Origin: an uncultured candidate division Zixibacteria bacterium
Lineage (GTDB): Bacteria; Zixibacteria; MSB-5A5; GN15; FEB-12
Reading direction: 5' to 3'
Length of the DNA: 64,000 nucleotides
NCBI GenBank assembly: GCA_963806185.1
Contig: CAWDXE010000001.1
Span: 544,001 to 608,000, forward strand
Each line of letters opens with the position of its first letter. Position 1 is the stretch's first letter. The notes beneath the pieces were generated by a model, which was not told where the DNA came from, ran no database searches, and worked only from the letters and a program-made list of their open reading frames with translations. Below, one piece after another: positions 61,776-64,000 of the stretch. The translations under genes were made by a program, and so were the position numbers.

Positions 61776-62731
61776 CTACTTGGCAGCCGGCGCACCGGTT
61801 CGCGGAGCGGCGGAGGTGAAGAAAGCGACCGTTCGCCGAAGCCCTTCATCGAAGCTCACCGTGGGGGCGTACCCGTGAGACTTGATCCGGTCGATAGCGG
61901 CGTACGAGTGACGGATGTCACCGGCGCGCGGCGGATCGTACTTGGCGGCAATGGTCACGCCCATAATTTCACGGAGCTTGTCCAGAAGCTGATTCAGCGT
62001 GTATTGGGCGCCGCAAGCGACGTTGAATGCCTGTCCCACCATTTTGTCATTCTTGGCCGCCAGCAAATTTGCCTGTACCGCGTTGTCGATGTAGGTAAAG
62101 TCGCGCGATTGTCCCCCGTCGCCGAATACGGTCGGTGCCTCGCCGCTCATAAACCTGGTGATAAATCTCGGCACGACCGCGGCGTATTCACTCTTTGGGT
62201 CCTGACGAGGTCCGAAAATGTTGAAGTACCGCAGGCAGACAGTGGGGAAGCGGTACAGATCGGCGTAGACCCGACAGTAGTATTCGTTAGTCTGCTTGGT
62301 GACCGCATAAGGAGACAGCGGGTGCGGCGTCATCCCTTCGTGCTTGGGCAACTCCTCGGATTCGCCGTAAATCGATGACGACGAGGCCATGACCATACGC
62401 TTGACACCGGCGAGGCGGGCCGCTTCCAACATGTTCAGCGTACCGTCGATATTGACGACATTGGACGTCAGTGGATTGGCCACCGATCGGGGGACTGACG
62501 GCAGCGCTGCCTGGTGTAAAATGAAATCAACTCCCGCAACGGCCTTGCTGACCGTCCAGTAATCCCGAATGTCGCCGTCGACCAATTCGACATCGCGAGA
62601 ATGTCGTTAATATTCTCGATTCGGCCGGACGAAAAGTTGTCCAGAACCCTTACCTGATGACCCATCTCCAACAGACGATGAGCAATGTTGGAACCGATAA
62701 AACCGGCTCCACCCGTAACTAAATATTTCAT
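61776..62731 (-). CDS. NAD-dependent nucleotide-sugar epimerase/dehydratase (extended SDR); apparent frameshift near 62595
   Basis: TGGAGFIGS in ORF 62468..62731; [33 protein letters not shown] in ORF 61776..62585. Confidence 0.88.
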
Positions 62732-62790
62732 CTTTTTCGCGTGCCCCTGGTAGGCGTGCCTACACTGTTCGGTTGTCTTCTATGCTCGTT

Positions 62791-62817
62791 TTGTCGGCTG
62801 AAAACAGGTTAGATTTA
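62791..62817 (-). promoter_or_regulatory. sigma28 (FliA)-like promoter motif
   Basis: TAAA-N15-GCCGACAA about 60 nt upstream of the epimerase start. Confidence 0.55.
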
Positions 62818-62928
62818 CCGGCAAAAACGCTGCGTATGCCCTTGTGCACGAGAAGGTAAGCATACATTATGGCTTTGTCCAGTCCGACTTTAAAATGCCT
62901 GCTCCGGGTTCCAAAGGAGTCTCCCGGC

Positions 62929-64000
62929 TCAATTCTGAGAAGGGGCGACGCTGCGTTTGAATATCACATACGTAACCGGGGCACCCGATGAGACCGACGA
63001 GTACTCCTGCTCCTGAGTGTACATAGACAGGAAAGCAGTATCATGGATGAACCCGCTGATCGGACTCCCTATCATGGCAACAATCCACTCCGGCCGAAAG
63101 TCTCGTATCAGCCCGGCGTAATCCCCAGCTCGATTATATGCCACCGCCGACGGCGACACCAAGCCGTCGCGATCAAGGATAGGCTTCCCGGAGTAAAATC
63201 CGATATACCCGATGTCCTCGGCGGCAACCGTCTGGCCGTCCTCGACCGCTCGGTTCAGATACAGGCCGATCTGCCGATGCACACTATCCAGTGTAGCCTG
63301 CATGTCTCGATAAGACCGGGCCGTCGAATACGAGCCCGCCAGCAGAGTGACTGCCAATCCCAGGATCACACTTGTGTGTACCCAACCGCGTCGACTGCTG
63401 CGCAGCCAGGATAGCCTCTCCGATGCAAATTGAAGACAGCCGCCTGCAAACAGCAGCACGACAGGATAGAGCGGAGCTACATACCAGAAGAACAGATGTG
63501 TTCCGCTCAAGGCGTAGAACGCGATCATGGCCAGCAGCCACACCGCCGCCAGGCTGCCCCAGCACTGAGTGCGGGACAACCAGCGCCAGCCGATCACGGC
63601 TGCGATGGTGAGGATCCACCCAACGGGCGATTTCAGTGCCAGAAGATACACAACATTATCAAGAACCGTGGTCGAACCGAAGCGCGAGTACAGCGCCAGC
63701 TTGGCTGTCACCGAATGCGGCAGGGGTGAACCGAAGTACCAGGTAGAGAAGACAAGCCAGGGAATGAGAAGTGTCAAAATCGTGAGGAGATTGGCTTTCC
63801 ACATCGGAGGATCCCGGCGCGACTCATGCACCAATAGCAACAGCAGTAGCAGCGCCCCTTCAGGGCGAGTCAGGGTGGCCAGAGTGGCCATGCCGACAGC
63901 GTAGACGCCAAATCTCCTGTGAGAGTAATAAAAGGCCGCGGTGATCAGCAGGGTGAACAATGCGGTCTCCATGCCGCCGGAGTCCGCCGGTAGAGATCGC
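62929..64000 (-). CDS. Polytopic GT-C-type glycosyltransferase, 5'-partial
   Basis: GMET, TRPEG, YFGSPLP, DIGYIG, LDRDGL; same motif series as 53793..55391. Confidence 0.7.
   Translation of the reverse strand, partial: RSLPADSGGMETALFTLLITAAFYYSHRRFGVYAVGMATLATLTRPEGALLLLLLLVHESRRDPPMWKANLLTILTLLIPWLVFSTWYFGSPLPHSVTAKLALYSRFGSTTVLDNVVYLLALKSPVGWILTIAAVIGWRWLSRTQCWGSLAAVWLLAMIAFYALSGTHLFFWYVAPLYPVVLLFAGGCLQFASERLSWLRSSRRGWVHTSVILGLAVTLLAGSYSTARSYRDMQATLDSVHRQIGLYLNRAVEDGQTVAAEDIGYIGFYSGKPILDRDGLVSPSAVAYNRAGDYAGLIRDFRPEWIVAMIGSPISGFIHDTAFLSMYTQEQEYSSVSSGAPVTYVIFKRSVAPSQN

Overview
GC-rich bacterial chromosome segment. The alpha2-type GlyRS, the secreted proteins with 'YPNP(F)N' C-terminal Ig-like tails and the Hdr/Mvh genes suggest an anaerobic FCB-group organism such as candidate Zixibacteria; this is inference only. 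About 11 single-base frameshifts in otherwise intact genes point to a noisy long-read consensus. Main find: a ~10 kb minus-strand operon hdrC-hdrB-hdrA(N half)-nuoE/hydC-nuoF/hydB-[nuoG/hydA Fe-S domain::hdrA(C half)]-mvhD-mvhG-mvhA-maturation protease. HdrA is split inside its inserted 2[4Fe-4S] ferredoxin and a HydABC-like NAD(H) module is plugged into the break, which could place two electron-bifurcating flavins in one H2-dependent complex. Other points: selD with an in-frame UGA (Sec) and a bacterial SECIS hairpin; a SLOG/DprA-like plus ART-like fusion divergent from rtcB; a sensor kinase with a secretion-tail-like Ig domain and a 4x GTTAA operator next to a PDZ/NEW3/ABC operon; a DksA zinc finger-SpoIIE fusion; an AT-richer patch with a DUF4062 gene and an orphan Rhs toxin/double-CXXCG immunity pair; an unannotated 35-aa membrane peptide after clpX; and several apparently leaderless promoters plus sigma28-like and sigma54-like motifs. 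Housekeeping genes include glyQS, tRNA-Leu, tig-clpP-clpX, an RND pump, a CPA2 antiporter, an S8 protease and glycosyltransferases. No CRISPR array, rRNA, integrase or transposase was seen.
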